Numbered from the stretch's first letter, positions 35,977 through 46,254 are shown. The stretch: DNA of 64,000 nucleotides from Candidatus Latescibacterota bacterium (GCA_964291625.2 OZ220089.1:4384001-4448000), one strand, 5' to 3'. The notes: a model not told the origin generated them from the letters alone. Numbers and translations: made by a program.

Positions 35977-38064
35977 ATGAATCGCGGATTCACCCTCATC
36001 GCTGCGGCGGTCCTGGCCGGCCTCGGCTGGCCGCGGATCTCCCCGGCCGCGGATACCGTCGCCATCGGTGCCGGCGGCGAGCTCGACTGGACGGGAGGGG
36101 GCTCTGCCGTGGTCGCCACGATCCCGGCCCGCCACCGCTCCCTGCTCGACTCCGACAACCTCCTCGAGGGCAACGCCCCGGGCGCCCTGCTCGAGTTCGA
36201 GAGCCAGGACCACCCCGGGGCCATCCTCCCGTTGCGCATCGCCCCCGGGCAGAACGTCGCCCACGGCACCCTCGAACGCGGCGGCGAGATCGTCGCGCCC
36301 AACGTCTTCGACTTCAGCGGCACCTTCAAGCCCCTCGACCTCAAGCAGTCGCTGGAGGAGCTGATCACCCCGGGAGGCGAGCTGGAGGCTTTCGAGCGCA
36401 AGGATCTGAACTCCCTGGGTATCTTGGTGATCCTCAACCTGGGGGGCCGCTTCGGAGTCGAGAGGATCCGGTTCTACCCCCGCAATACCGTTCAGGTCGC
36501 GCCGGCGACGCCTTTCCAGAACGACTTCCTGCGCTCCTTCGAGCTGTTCACCAACGACGGCATCGTCCTCTCCCAGGCGGGCCTGCCGATCTGGGGAGAG
36601 CCGGTGGCCTCCGAGGAGGAGAACAAGGAGGCCGTGGTCGACGTGCTCCTCGACCCTCCGCGGTACGTCCAGCACATCCGCCTGCGATCCACCTCGACCA
36701 TTTCCTACGAGATCGACGAGTTCGAGGTCTTCGGCACCGGCTTCCTGGCCACCGCCACCTATGTCTCCGACATCTTCGACGCGGGACAGCCGGCCGTGTG
36801 GCACCAGCTGCGCTGGACCGAGCGAATCCTGGGAGACCCCCGGTTCTCGGCGGTCCACATCCGGACCCGCACCGGCACCGACGCCGACCCCTTCGTCTTC
36901 ACGCGGGTCCTGCACGGGCAGGCCGACCCGGAGGAGATCCCCCTGTCGGTTGAGGATCCGTCCCGCGAGCTGAGCCTGGAGGAGTACGGGAAGCTGCCCG
37001 TCTTCGATGGCCTGGGCCGGCAGTGGAACGCCGGCCCCGTAAAGGACGATCTCGTCAACTGGAGCCCATTCAGCACGCCCTTCGACGCCGAGGTGGCCAA
37101 CACCCCGGGAGCGCTGATCACGTCCCCGAGCCCGCGGCGCTACCTGCAGCTGCAGATCGCCTTCGACAGCAGCGACCTGGAGGCGGCGAGGGTGATCGAG
37201 TCGCTGAGCTTCGACGTGCTGCGGTCGCCGCTGGCCGACTCCCTCACGGCGGAGGTCTTCCCGAGGGAGGTGGAGGAGATCCGGGCCGTGCCCTTCACCC
37301 TCGCCGTGAGGGCCCGGTTCGAGTCGGACGACCTGCTGGGATTCGACCGTCTGGAGATCCAGACGCCCCTGCGGGTCACGTCGATCGACGAGGTGGAGGT
37401 CCTCGACGGCCAGGGACAGCCGGTGGCCGGCAGGACGTTCTCGAGCCTGGCCGACACCCTCGACGAGGGCGGCTTCCGGATCGTGGAGGTGAGGGAGGAT
37501 CTCTTCGAGGTCGGCTTTCCCCGGATCGAGGAGGACGGGACCGAGGTCCGAGTCCGCTTCCACAGCGACGTGCTCACCTACAGCACGGACTTCACGGGCT
37601 CGGCCAAGCTGTCGCCCGCGGACGGGGTAGGCGAGCCTGCCATCCAGCCCCTGGTGGGCGGCGACACGGGCCAGCTGGCCCCGGGGGACGAGGCGGCCCT
37701 GTCGGGGACCACGGTCCTGAGCCCGACCCTGCTGGGGGGGCGGCTCCTCGGGCAGGTGGAGCTGGCGCCCAATCCCTTCAGCCCCAACGGCGACGGCGTC
37801 AACGACGCCATGTCCCTGACCTACAGCCTGCTGTCCCTGGAGTCGCCGCGCCAGGTGGAGCTGAAGGTCTACGATCTGGGCGGCCGGCTGCTGAGGGTCA
37901 TCAGCCAGGGGCTGGAGATCAACGGCCGCTACGAGGAGAAGGCCTGGGACGGCACCGACGACGCGGGACGGCTCGTCCCGCCGGGGCTCTACCTGGTCCG
38001 GATCGCCGTCGATGGCGACCACCGGGACGACGAGGTGCACCGGGTCGTCAGCGTGGTCTATTAG
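35977..38064 (+). CDS. Secreted discoidin-like protein with C-terminal FlgD-Ig/PNGD domain (paralog B)
   Basis: Signal peptide; LNLGGRFGVERIRFYPR, IRTRTG, PNPFSPNGDGVND and WDGTD...VPPGLYLV motifs. Confidence 0.8.
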   Translation: MNRGFTLIAAAVLAGLGWPRISPAADTVAIGAGGELDWTGGGSAVVATIPARHRSLLDSDNLLEGNAPGALLEFESQDHPGAILPLRIAPGQNVAHGTLERGGEIVAPNVFDFSGTFKPLDLKQSLEELITPGGELEAFERKDLNSLGILVILNLGGRFGVERIRFYPRNTVQVAPATPFQNDFLRSFELFTNDGIVLSQAGLPIWGEPVASEEENKEAVVDVLLDPPRYVQHIRLRSTSTISYEIDEFEVFGTGFLATATYVSDIFDAGQPAVWHQLRWTERILGDPRFSAVHIRTRTGTDADPFVFTRVLHGQADPEEIPLSVEDPSRELSLEEYGKLPVFDGLGRQWNAGPVKDDLVNWSPFSTPFDAEVANTPGALITSPSPRRYLQLQIAFDSSDLEAARVIESLSFDVLRSPLADSLTAEVFPREVEEIRAVPFTLAVRARFESDDLLGFDRLEIQTPLRVTSIDEVEVLDGQGQPVAGRTFSSLADTLDEGGFRIVEVREDLFEVGFPRIEEDGTEVRVRFHSDVLTYSTDFTGSAKLSPADGVGEPAIQPLVGGDTGQLAPGDEAALSGTTVLSPTLLGGRLLGQVELAPNPFSPNGDGVNDAMSLTYSLLSLESPRQVELKVYDLGGRLLRVISQGLEINGRYEEKAWDGTDDAGRLVPPGLYLVRIAVDGDHRDDEVHRVVSVVY

Positions 38065-38085
38065 GTCCCGCCAACGGGACCCCTT

Positions 38086-40347
38086 TCACCCCCCCTTCTC
38101 GAAGAGCTGTTCCACCATGCCCAGGGTCCGCGCCTGGGCCTCGGACCGCATGCGCCGGTGGCGCTGCTCCGCGGAGTAGCGCTCGAAGTGGGCCTTGGCC
38201 GCCTGGGCCCGGCCGGTGCGCTGGTAGAGGTGGCCGAGGAACAGGTGCGCCACATGGTCCTCGGGGGCCAGCTCGAGAATGCGCTCGAAGTGGGGCACCG
38301 CCTCTTCGTAGCGGTCGGGCTGCCGGGCCAGCAGCATGCCGAGGCTCCAGCGGGCCTGGAGGGAGCCGGGGTCGGTACGGACGGCGCGGCGCAGGTGTTG
38401 CTCGGCCTCCCGGGTCAGGGGCGTGGCCGGCAGGCTGACCCCGGTGCCCCCGGCCGAGGCCAGATCGACGAGTACCTCCCCAAGCCCCAGATGGGCCCTG
38501 GCCCGGTAGCCTTCCGCTTCCAGCAGCAGCCGGAAATGGACGGCGGCCGAGTCGGGGCGGCCCCGGGCCTGGTGCAGGCGGGCGAGCTGGTAGCGCACCA
38601 GCACGGAGTCGGGCCGGAGCTCAAGGACGCGGCGCCAGGCCCGAGCGGCCTCCTCGGGGCGCCCGGCCGCGAGCCGGGCGTAGGCCAGGCTGCCGTGCAG
38701 GTTCGCCCGCTCGGGGTGCATCTCCACGAGGCGCTCGCCCTCGGCGACGGCCTCGGCGGCCCGTCCGGCCGAGACCAGGGCGGCGGCGAGGTCCCGGCGC
38801 GCGGGCACCGAGTCCGGAGCCCCGGCGAGGTAGCGGCGGTAGAGGTCGACGGCGGAGGCGGGGTTCCCCCCCTCGACCTCCAGGGCGGCCAGGTTCACCA
38901 GCGCCCCCGGGTGTCCCGGATCGAGGCGCAGGGCGGTGCGGTACTCCCGGGCGGCCCCGGCGGGCATCTCCCGGCGCTCGTAGGCGGAGCCCCGCCAGTA
39001 GTGCTCGTCGGCGGGGCTGGCCACCGCCAGCGGGGCCGGTCCGGCGTTGAGGGCCACGCACGCGAGGGCGGTGAGGACGATCCCGGGCCACCGGAGGGGG
39101 CGCCGCGCGAGGGCCCGGGCGCCGTGGCAGGCCACCAGCAACAGGAGCGGGACCACGGGCAGGCGGCAGGGCGGCGCGACGAAGAACAGGACCGCCGCCG
39201 CGGCGTAGACGATCACGAATCCGGACAGGAGAGCGCGTTCCCGGGTGGGCCCACCCGCCGGATCTGCGGGAAAGGCGACGAGGAAGACCAGGCCGGCGAG
39301 GGCCAGGGGGGCCACCAGGCCGAAGGGGAAGGCGAGTCCCCGGTCCCAGAGGAGGGCGGCCAGGACCGGGGACTCGGCCCTGGCGAAGTAGGGGTCGAGA
39401 CCCCGCGGGCTCTCCTCGCCCCGCCAGAACAGGTAGGTCCTGCGGGCCATCAGTCCCGCCCACCCCCAGGGCTCGGCGCGGACGACCTCCCACGAGCGCT
39501 CGAGGAGATGCCGCGAGGACGCGGACAGTCCCTCGCTGCCGGCCTCTCCCGAGGAGGGATCTGCCAGCCGCAGCCGCTCCGGCCCCGGCTGCACGGCCAC
39601 CGTGCGGTCCTCAACGGCGCTGTTTCCGGTGTGGAGGCCGAGGTCGCCGCCGACGACGAGGTTGCGAACCGTGACCGGGGCCACCACCACCGCGCAGCCG
39701 GCGGCGAACCACAACCCCCGCTGCCATCGGAATCCGCGCTCCGACCCCTGCGGCGGGAACCGACACAGCCACCAGAGGACGAAGGGGGCGAGGAGCAGGA
39801 CGGTGGCCACGGTCAGGGCCGAGAGCCCCAGGACAAGGCCGGGCACCGCCCAGCGCCAGGCGGGTTCCGGCGGAGTGCGCAGCAGCAGCCACAGCAGTAG
39901 GAGGTCGAGGAGGCCGGCCAGGGTGACGGGCAGCAGCTCCCCCCCGAAGTAGACGAGGGGTCCGTACAGGGCGGCGGCGAGGCCGGCCCCGAGGGCGACG
40001 GGGGCGGTGAAGAGCCGATGGCCCACCGCCACCAGGAGCCCGCAGGTGGCCGCTCCCAGGGCCGCCTGCAGCAGGCGCGGAAGCCACGGGGACTCGCCGG
40101 CCGAGCCCAGGGCGGCGAGGAGGTAGGGATAGAGCGGGGGTTGCCGGAAGGGCTCCGGCGGGCCGGCCCAGGAGACCTCCGTCAGGTAGCGGGCGTCCTC
40201 GACCCAGGCGGCGGCGTCGAGGACGGGGGCTTCGAAGAGCGGCGTCTGCTCAAGGTAGAAGAGGTGGCCCAGGCGCACAGCGAAGGCCAGGGCGCAGACG
40301 AGCAGGATCCGGCGGAGGGAGGCCGGGGAGGGCGCAGTCGAGGCCAA
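38086..40347 (-). CDS. GT-C (PMT/GT39-like) membrane glycosyltransferase with C-terminal TPRs
   Basis: PFRQPPLYPYLLA, RLLQAALG and LYGPLVYF motifs; polytopic N-terminal half followed by TPR repeats. Confidence 0.75.
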   Translation of the reverse strand: MASTAPSPASLRRILLVCALAFAVRLGHLFYLEQTPLFEAPVLDAAAWVEDARYLTEVSWAGPPEPFRQPPLYPYLLAALGSAGESPWLPRLLQAALGAATCGLLVAVGHRLFTAPVALGAGLAAALYGPLVYFGGELLPVTLAGLLDLLLLWLLLRTPPEPAWRWAVPGLVLGLSALTVATVLLLAPFVLWWLCRFPPQGSERGFRWQRGLWFAAGCAVVVAPVTVRNLVVGGDLGLHTGNSAVEDRTVAVQPGPERLRLADPSSGEAGSEGLSASSRHLLERSWEVVRAEPWGWAGLMARRTYLFWRGEESPRGLDPYFARAESPVLAALLWDRGLAFPFGLVAPLALAGLVFLVAFPADPAGGPTRERALLSGFVIVYAAAAVLFFVAPPCRLPVVPLLLLVACHGARALARRPLRWPGIVLTALACVALNAGPAPLAVASPADEHYWRGSAYERREMPAGAAREYRTALRLDPGHPGALVNLAALEVEGGNPASAVDLYRRYLAGAPDSVPARRDLAAALVSAGRAAEAVAEGERLVEMHPERANLHGSLAYARLAAGRPEEAARAWRRVLELRPDSVLVRYQLARLHQARGRPDSAAVHFRLLLEAEGYRARAHLGLGEVLVDLASAGGTGVSLPATPLTREAEQHLRRAVRTDPGSLQARWSLGMLLARQPDRYEEAVPHFERILELAPEDHVAHLFLGHLYQRTGRAQAAKAHFERYSAEQRHRRMRSEAQARTLGMVEQLFEKGG

Positions 40348-40371
40348 GGGTGAGCCCGGCGCCCCGTCGGC

Positions 40372-43035
40372 CTACAGGTCGATGCCGGCGTAGGCGGAGA
40401 TGAAGATCGAGTTGACGGTGAGAGTCTCGCCCACCTCGGGCATGCGGCGGTCGATCTTGGCCCCCAGCTGGGTGGTCACGCCGTAGCCGAGATAGGCCGA
40501 GAGGTTGGTGAACTGCACGGCGCCGACGATGCCCCGGAAGTCCCTGGAGTCGCGCAGCATGTCGTTGTGGAAGGTGAACTCCAGGCCCGCCTCAAGATCG
40601 GTCGAGCGCAGCAGGGGGAAGCCCATGAGCAGTCCGCCGAGCTCGGTGAGGGAGCGCTTCCTGTCGTTGGAGATCACGTCGATCGTCTGGTGGCGGAAGA
40701 TGCTCTTCCAGCGCGGCTCGAAGCGGATGTTGCCGATGTCGAAGCGATAGCTGATCCGGTTGATGACGCCGAAGAAGTAGTTCGTCTCGCGCTGGCTGAG
40801 CCGGGCGCGCTCCTCGGCGTCGAGGCGGGACTGGTAGAGGTCCCACTTGAAGAAGTTGTCGGTCTTCCAGCCGCGGTGGTCGTACTTGTGGCCCATCCAC
40901 AAGGTGTTGACGAAGGCGTCGCGCGCCAGCAGCAGGTCCTCGATCTTGGTCGCCTCGCCGGTGCGGATGTTGGCGTTGGGCAGCCACTGCACCAGCTCGT
41001 TCGGGATGTCGTCCTTCACGGACTTGACCATGTCGAAGATCCGCAGCCGGCCCCAGCCGGCGATGTCCCGGTCGATGCTCACCAGGGCGTAATCGGCGTG
41101 GTTCCTCTGGTTCGAGGAGATCAGCCCTTCGCGCAGGATCCCGGCGCTGACGCGGATGTCGGGGGTGACGTTCACGCCGCCGTAGATGTTGAAGCCGCGG
41201 TGGTCCCTGCGGTACGGGTAGTCGGGCTCCTCGTCGTTCTCGAAGCGGTCGATCCAGAAGTTGTTGTTGAGGTCGATGCCGTAGAGGAACTCGGGCCGGT
41301 CCACGTTGTGGCGCAGGAAGGGCTCGTCGTAGTCGGGGATCGAGTTGCTGATGAAGCGGTTGTCGTTCTGGTTGAAGTCGGAGATGAAGTCGTTGTTCTC
41401 GTCCCACCCGGGGAAGACGGTGGGATCGCCCGCCTGCCAGTCCTTGCGCACCGTGTCCGGGAACTGGTCCTGGTCGTCGTTGTCCTCCACCAGCTCGACC
41501 ACGTGGATGCGCTTGTCCTCGTAGTCGATGAAGCCGTCGCCAGAGGCGGTGTAGGTGCTGGTCGAGTAGCGGGGGTCCATGCTGTAGAGCTCGCCCCAGG
41601 CGAACCACGGGTAGCGGTTGCGGGAGATGTTGACCATCCAGGCCTCGGCGGCGCGGTCACCGCGGATTCCGGAGGCGGTGCGGTGGCCCTTTCTCACCAC
41701 GCTCGGGTACTTGCGGTACTTGTAGCTGAGGTCGTACTCGCCGTAGACGTCGAAGCCGGCGACTTTCTTCAACTCCAGGGTGGCGCCCCAGATCTGGGTG
41801 GCCGTGGGCAGTCCGTACTCGAAGGAGACGATCCGCAGGTTGGTGTTGTCCTGGACGTTGCCTTGCGCCTGGGTGACCAGGAGGGCCACGTTGCCCTCGG
41901 ACTGGTTGAGCTGGTTGTCGGAGGTCATCCACACCTGGTAGTCGTTGCCCAGGACATAGCGGAACTCGATTCCGACGATCTCCTCCTTGGAACCGCTGGC
42001 GTGGTTGACGAAGCCGGGGCTGTCGAAGTTGTAGCGCAGGCGGATCTCCTCGGTGCCGTCGGCGGCCAGGAAGCCGTCGCGCTCGAAGCCGCCCTCGATG
42101 ACCGGCGCGAAGCCGATCTGCTTGCCCCGGTCGACGCTGCCGTCGTCGTAGGTGATGATGATGTCCGAGCCGGCGGGGAAGAAGGATGCGCCGCCGCCGT
42201 CCTCGGGGGAGTCGTCGCGCAGGATCACTTCGATCAGGGACAGGGTCTTGTTCTGGTCGACGGTGAGCTCGCCGCTGATGGGGTTGCCGGTGAAGCCGTC
42301 GATGAGGGTGTTCGACTGGTGCGAGTTGACGGCTGTCAATCCCAGGGTGGCGAAGTCGCCCACCTGCACCGTGCCTCGGCCTCCCACCAGGGAGGTGAGG
42401 TTGGTAACGAGGGACTCCTGGTCGCTGGTGCTGCTGCCGCCGGGGCGGCTGAGGCGGGAGTAGAGGACCGTGCCCTGGTACTTGTCGGAGGCATAGTCGA
42501 ACTGCACGCCGTCCCACTGGGGCTTTGAGAAGGTCATGGGGGTCAGGGTCGTGCGGATCTTGGCGCCCATGGTCAGGGCATAGTGGTGCTGACCCTTGGA
42601 GTCGCTGGAGATCAGGACGCCGTCGAACCAGCGGCTGAAGTTGGCGCTCTTCAGCACCGACGAGCCGAACTGCCTGGGCTGGGTCTGGGAGTTGTTGAAG
42701 ATCAGCCAGCCCTTGGTGACGAAGTTGCCGTAGAGATCGTAGTAGTAGTCGCCCTCGCGGGTGACGCTGACGTACCGCTGGTAGTGGTCGCGGGCGTAGT
42801 TGGAGTAGTCCCACTGCCGCCAGCGGTACTCGTTGAACAGCTCCTGGGGGACGTACCATCTGCGAACGGCCGGGTCGAGGGCGCCGTGGAGCACACCCGG
42901 ACCCTGGGGTTGGAAAGAGACCTCGCCGCCGCGCTGGATGTCCCCCATCCGGGCGCCGTAGTCCTGGGCGGCCGAGGGCGCGGCCGGGGCCAGCAGGCCG
43001 AGGGAGCAGAGCGTCGCCAGGCGGAGTATCGTCAT
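40372..43035 (-). CDS. Large secreted/outer-membrane protein with Asp-rich core (paralog X)
   Basis: Signal peptide from ATG 43035; amphipathic beta-strand patterning; LVEDNDDQDQFPD...PDYDEPFL...DLNNN...ENDEEPDYPY. Confidence 0.7.
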   Translation of the reverse strand: MTILRLATLCSLGLLAPAAPSAAQDYGARMGDIQRGGEVSFQPQGPGVLHGALDPAVRRWYVPQELFNEYRWRQWDYSNYARDHYQRYVSVTREGDYYYDLYGNFVTKGWLIFNNSQTQPRQFGSSVLKSANFSRWFDGVLISSDSKGQHHYALTMGAKIRTTLTPMTFSKPQWDGVQFDYASDKYQGTVLYSRLSRPGGSSTSDQESLVTNLTSLVGGRGTVQVGDFATLGLTAVNSHQSNTLIDGFTGNPISGELTVDQNKTLSLIEVILRDDSPEDGGGASFFPAGSDIIITYDDGSVDRGKQIGFAPVIEGGFERDGFLAADGTEEIRLRYNFDSPGFVNHASGSKEEIVGIEFRYVLGNDYQVWMTSDNQLNQSEGNVALLVTQAQGNVQDNTNLRIVSFEYGLPTATQIWGATLELKKVAGFDVYGEYDLSYKYRKYPSVVRKGHRTASGIRGDRAAEAWMVNISRNRYPWFAWGELYSMDPRYSTSTYTASGDGFIDYEDKRIHVVELVEDNDDQDQFPDTVRKDWQAGDPTVFPGWDENNDFISDFNQNDNRFISNSIPDYDEPFLRHNVDRPEFLYGIDLNNNFWIDRFENDEEPDYPYRRDHRGFNIYGGVNVTPDIRVSAGILREGLISSNQRNHADYALVSIDRDIAGWGRLRIFDMVKSVKDDIPNELVQWLPNANIRTGEATKIEDLLLARDAFVNTLWMGHKYDHRGWKTDNFFKWDLYQSRLDAEERARLSQRETNYFFGVINRISYRFDIGNIRFEPRWKSIFRHQTIDVISNDRKRSLTELGGLLMGFPLLRSTDLEAGLEFTFHNDMLRDSRDFRGIVGAVQFTNLSAYLGYGVTTQLGAKIDRRMPEVGETLTVNSIFISAYAGIDL

Positions 43036-43087
43036 CCTTGAAGGCACGGGTTTCTCCTCGAGGGTTTCGGCTTCCTGGGCGCCGGCT

Positions 43088-46000
43088 TCAGTAGGCGACG
43101 GCGACGGTGCGGACCACGGACCGGCCCGAGTCGCCGCTGTCGACGTCGAGGTGGAGCTTGACGATGTAGATCCCCGGGGGAACGAGGTTGCCGCCGCTGT
43201 CGCGCCCATCCCAGGAGAGGGACTGCAACCCGGGGGCCACGACCCGCTCCTCGCGCCAGACGCGGCGTCCGGCCAGGGTGTAGACGCTCACCCGCAGGCT
43301 GCGCGGATCGGTGATGCGGTAGATCGACAGGCCGATCTCGGTCTGGTCGTTGATGAGGTCCCCGTTGGGCGAGAAGGGATTCGGAGAGATCGTGACCTCT
43401 TCGACCACCTCGCCTTCCAGGGGCACCGAGAGGGTCAGGGTGTTCGACTCCAGGTCCGGCACGGCATCGCCGGCCTCGACGCTCTGCCAGCGGGCCTCCG
43501 GGTCGGCGCCGGCGTTGCGCACGGCCAGGTTCAAGGTGGTGCCGTTGAGGAGCACGGGGGCCTGGAACCGGACGCGCACACGGGGGCCGGGACCGACGAC
43601 CCGGCCGCGCTCGTCGCGGGAGAGCCGGGAGTAGTCGCTGGCGTCCAGGGAGTCGCCGCGGTCATCGAAGGGATACTGGGCGCCGTCCCCCTTCTGCACG
43701 CGGAAGTAGCGCGCCAGCCGCTCGCTTTCGTCCAACTCCTCCCAGGATCGCTGGTCGGTCTCCTGCAACTCCCCGGACTCGAGCCTCCTGAAGTAGAGGA
43801 CCTTCCCCTGCTCGTCGTCGTCGAGCAGCCCCCAGGAAGCGGCCGACAGGAGGATGCCGTCCTGGGTCACGGGGACCTGCATGCTGTCGGCGGTGATGCG
43901 GTAATAGGCCCGGCTGGTGTCGGGCAGGAGCGTCACCGTGTCGGCCAGGCGCACCCAGATCGAGTCGGCCCGCTGACGGACCACGCTCAGGCGATCGCCG
44001 CCGCCGTCCGCGTAGCCGCCGTCGGGGCCGCGGGTGAACAGGCGCCGCTCCCCCTCCCGGCCCCCGTCGATCTCCATCTCGATCAGCTCCATCCGGCCGG
44101 AGGCGGGCATCGACAGCAGGAGCTCGTCGAAGCCGAGGCTGGGCGCCGGCCGGGAGATGAACCTCGGCTGCAGGAAGACGTCGAAGGTGTCGATGCGGCC
44201 CACGGCGGGCACCTCGGTGGGCGTGATCTCCGCCAGGATGCGCTCGGCCACCGGGTTTAGGAGCTCGACGCGGATCGAGCGGATGGCGGCGGCCAGATCC
44301 CGGTCGGTCGTGGTCAGGCGGACCTGGATCTGGGCGAAGCGGCGCAGTCCCGGCGAGGTCACGCGGTCGCCCTGGCGCTCGTAGGCCCGGCTCCAGGAGG
44401 ACCACCCGGCGGTGGGCACGAGGGTCGTGTCCACCGGGCCCTTGAAGCTGCCGATGAGGTTCTTCCAGGCGGTGTAGGCGATCTCCTGTCCCTGCCTGTC
44501 GAAGTAGCGTACGATCCGGCCCAGCAGGTCGCCGGAGCGGGTGCGGATCTCCATGCCGGTGCCGGGGGGCACGTCGGCCTCCCAGGTGATGGCGCCGAAG
44601 TGGCGCGGACCGGGCAGCTCGATGAGGTCGGAGGTCAACAGGACCTCCGCGGGATGCCCCTTCGAGAAGAGCTGATACTCGGCGATGGTGGGGCCCGTGT
44701 TGTAGCCTCCGCGCCGCCTCGGGTCGACGGAGACGATGCTCACTTCCAGGAAGCGCAGCGGCGGCAGGTCGTACGGGTCCAGGAGATTCTGGAAGCCGGA
44801 GACGCTGTTGTCCTCCCGGCTGCGCGGGCTGATCCGCGTCCAGTTGATCCGGCCGCTGGCGTCGAGGGAGCCGTCCGACCCGCGCACGATGTAGCCGTCG
44901 ATGTAGGGCCGCGGGCGGGAGGTGGATATGCGCATGGCGTCCAGCCAGAAGGTGGCGGCCAAGTCGACGGTCAGGACCCCGCGGTCGATGGTGGGCGACC
45001 AGACCAGGTGCAGGAAATTGGTGGAGTAATCGCCGTCGAAGCCCGGGCCGGGGGCGAAGGTGCCACCCGTGAGGAAGACGCTGCCGCCGCCCTCGATGAT
45101 GCCGGGGCTGATGTTGTCCCCCGCTCCCCAGATCTCGACATCGGCCAGGCGGGGGCGTTCACGCCGGTAGTAGTCGCGGCGCCCCTGGCGGTCGGCGCCG
45201 AGGGACTCGTAGACCTCCCGCTCCACCGGCTCCTCGGTGCCGGCCAGGTCACGGATGTAGTAGAGGATGTCGCCGCGGTCCCCCGGGTCCAGGGCGAGCC
45301 AGGCCTCCTCGCCGTCGAGGAGCTGGCCGCGCCCCTGACGCGAATCGGTGACCACGACCCGTATCGTCTGCACCATCCGTCCCGTCCACTCGGCGCTGGA
45401 GCGGTGCAGCGGGAAGTCGAAGGAGAAGGTGCGCTCGCTCTCGTTCGGCGCCTCGGTGCCCCCGACGCGAAAGAAGTCGATGCGGTCGGCGTCCTGGGCG
45501 ACGGGTTCCTGATCGGGGGCGGCGAGGAGGCGGAACTGCCGGAAGGGATCGCCGAGGTCCTCCTCGACGAAGTGGAGCCGCAGGGTGTCCACGGGGACGA
45601 CCCGCCCCAGGTCGATCTCCAGCCACCAGTCGTCGACGGGGTCGCGGGGGTCGGGCTCCCACCAGGTGCTCGGATCGCCGTCGAGGACATTGGCGGCGGC
45701 CTCCGGGTTCGAGCCGACGCGGCTGATCCCGGGGCGCAGGAAATAGGTGTAGATCGGATTGTCCTTGCGGTCGAGGATGATCTCGCCGCGCACGTCGAGG
45801 GTCTCGGTGCTGTCCACGTTCAGGATCGCCGTCTCGCCCTTTGACCTCTTCAGCCCGGGCAGGGTGCGGGTGAAGGTCTCCCGGTCGTCGAGGATGTTGA
45901 AGCGATCGCGGAAGCGGTGGGGAATCACGCTGCCATCGGCATTGAGGTCGACGGCGTGGACGGGCACGCTCCAGCGCTGCCAGTGCCGGTGGCTGTCGAC

Positions 46001-46138
46001 GACTATGGCGTTGTTGGTGAGGCGGTAGCCCGTACGCCGCTGGGCCTGGGCGGGATCGGGTGGGATCAGGGCCCAAGCGATGGCCGGGATGACCAGCCAG
46101 GGGGTGAGGGAGTGAGTGCGGGAATCGGGAACTGCCAT
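43088..46138 (-). CDS. Secreted F5/8-discoidin protein with C-terminal FlgD-Ig/PNGD domain (paralog C)
   Basis: VLDGDPSTWW...WLEIDLGRVVPV, IRTRSG, SPNPFSPNGDLIND and WDGRD...VPPGIYIV motifs. Confidence 0.8.
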   Translation of the reverse strand: MAVPDSRTHSLTPWLVIPAIAWALIPPDPAQAQRRTGYRLTNNAIVVDSHRHWQRWSVPVHAVDLNADGSVIPHRFRDRFNILDDRETFTRTLPGLKRSKGETAILNVDSTETLDVRGEIILDRKDNPIYTYFLRPGISRVGSNPEAAANVLDGDPSTWWEPDPRDPVDDWWLEIDLGRVVPVDTLRLHFVEEDLGDPFRQFRLLAAPDQEPVAQDADRIDFFRVGGTEAPNESERTFSFDFPLHRSSAEWTGRMVQTIRVVVTDSRQGRGQLLDGEEAWLALDPGDRGDILYYIRDLAGTEEPVEREVYESLGADRQGRRDYYRRERPRLADVEIWGAGDNISPGIIEGGGSVFLTGGTFAPGPGFDGDYSTNFLHLVWSPTIDRGVLTVDLAATFWLDAMRISTSRPRPYIDGYIVRGSDGSLDASGRINWTRISPRSREDNSVSGFQNLLDPYDLPPLRFLEVSIVSVDPRRRGGYNTGPTIAEYQLFSKGHPAEVLLTSDLIELPGPRHFGAITWEADVPPGTGMEIRTRSGDLLGRIVRYFDRQGQEIAYTAWKNLIGSFKGPVDTTLVPTAGWSSWSRAYERQGDRVTSPGLRRFAQIQVRLTTTDRDLAAAIRSIRVELLNPVAERILAEITPTEVPAVGRIDTFDVFLQPRFISRPAPSLGFDELLLSMPASGRMELIEMEIDGGREGERRLFTRGPDGGYADGGGDRLSVVRQRADSIWVRLADTVTLLPDTSRAYYRITADSMQVPVTQDGILLSAASWGLLDDDEQGKVLYFRRLESGELQETDQRSWEELDESERLARYFRVQKGDGAQYPFDDRGDSLDASDYSRLSRDERGRVVGPGPRVRVRFQAPVLLNGTTLNLAVRNAGADPEARWQSVEAGDAVPDLESNTLTLSVPLEGEVVEEVTISPNPFSPNGDLINDQTEIGLSIYRITDPRSLRVSVYTLAGRRVWREERVVAPGLQSLSWDGRDSGGNLVPPGIYIVKLHLDVDSGDSGRSVVRTVAVAY

Positions 46139-46254
46139 CGGTCGTCCCTGAGGCCGGATCTCCCTTCCCGGCCGGGATGGGCTGTCGCAGGACCGCGGGT
46201 CTGCCGCTGCGAGGGCGGATCAGGGCGAGATTTAGTGAAGGGCCCTCTGGTCTG

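Noticed and set aside
35845-38040. N-terminal 732 aa of the 1448-aa ORF 33694-38040
   Set aside because: It is the antisense of the real gene 35977-38064. The true start is ATG 35844, which has a signal peptide and a GGAGG RBS.
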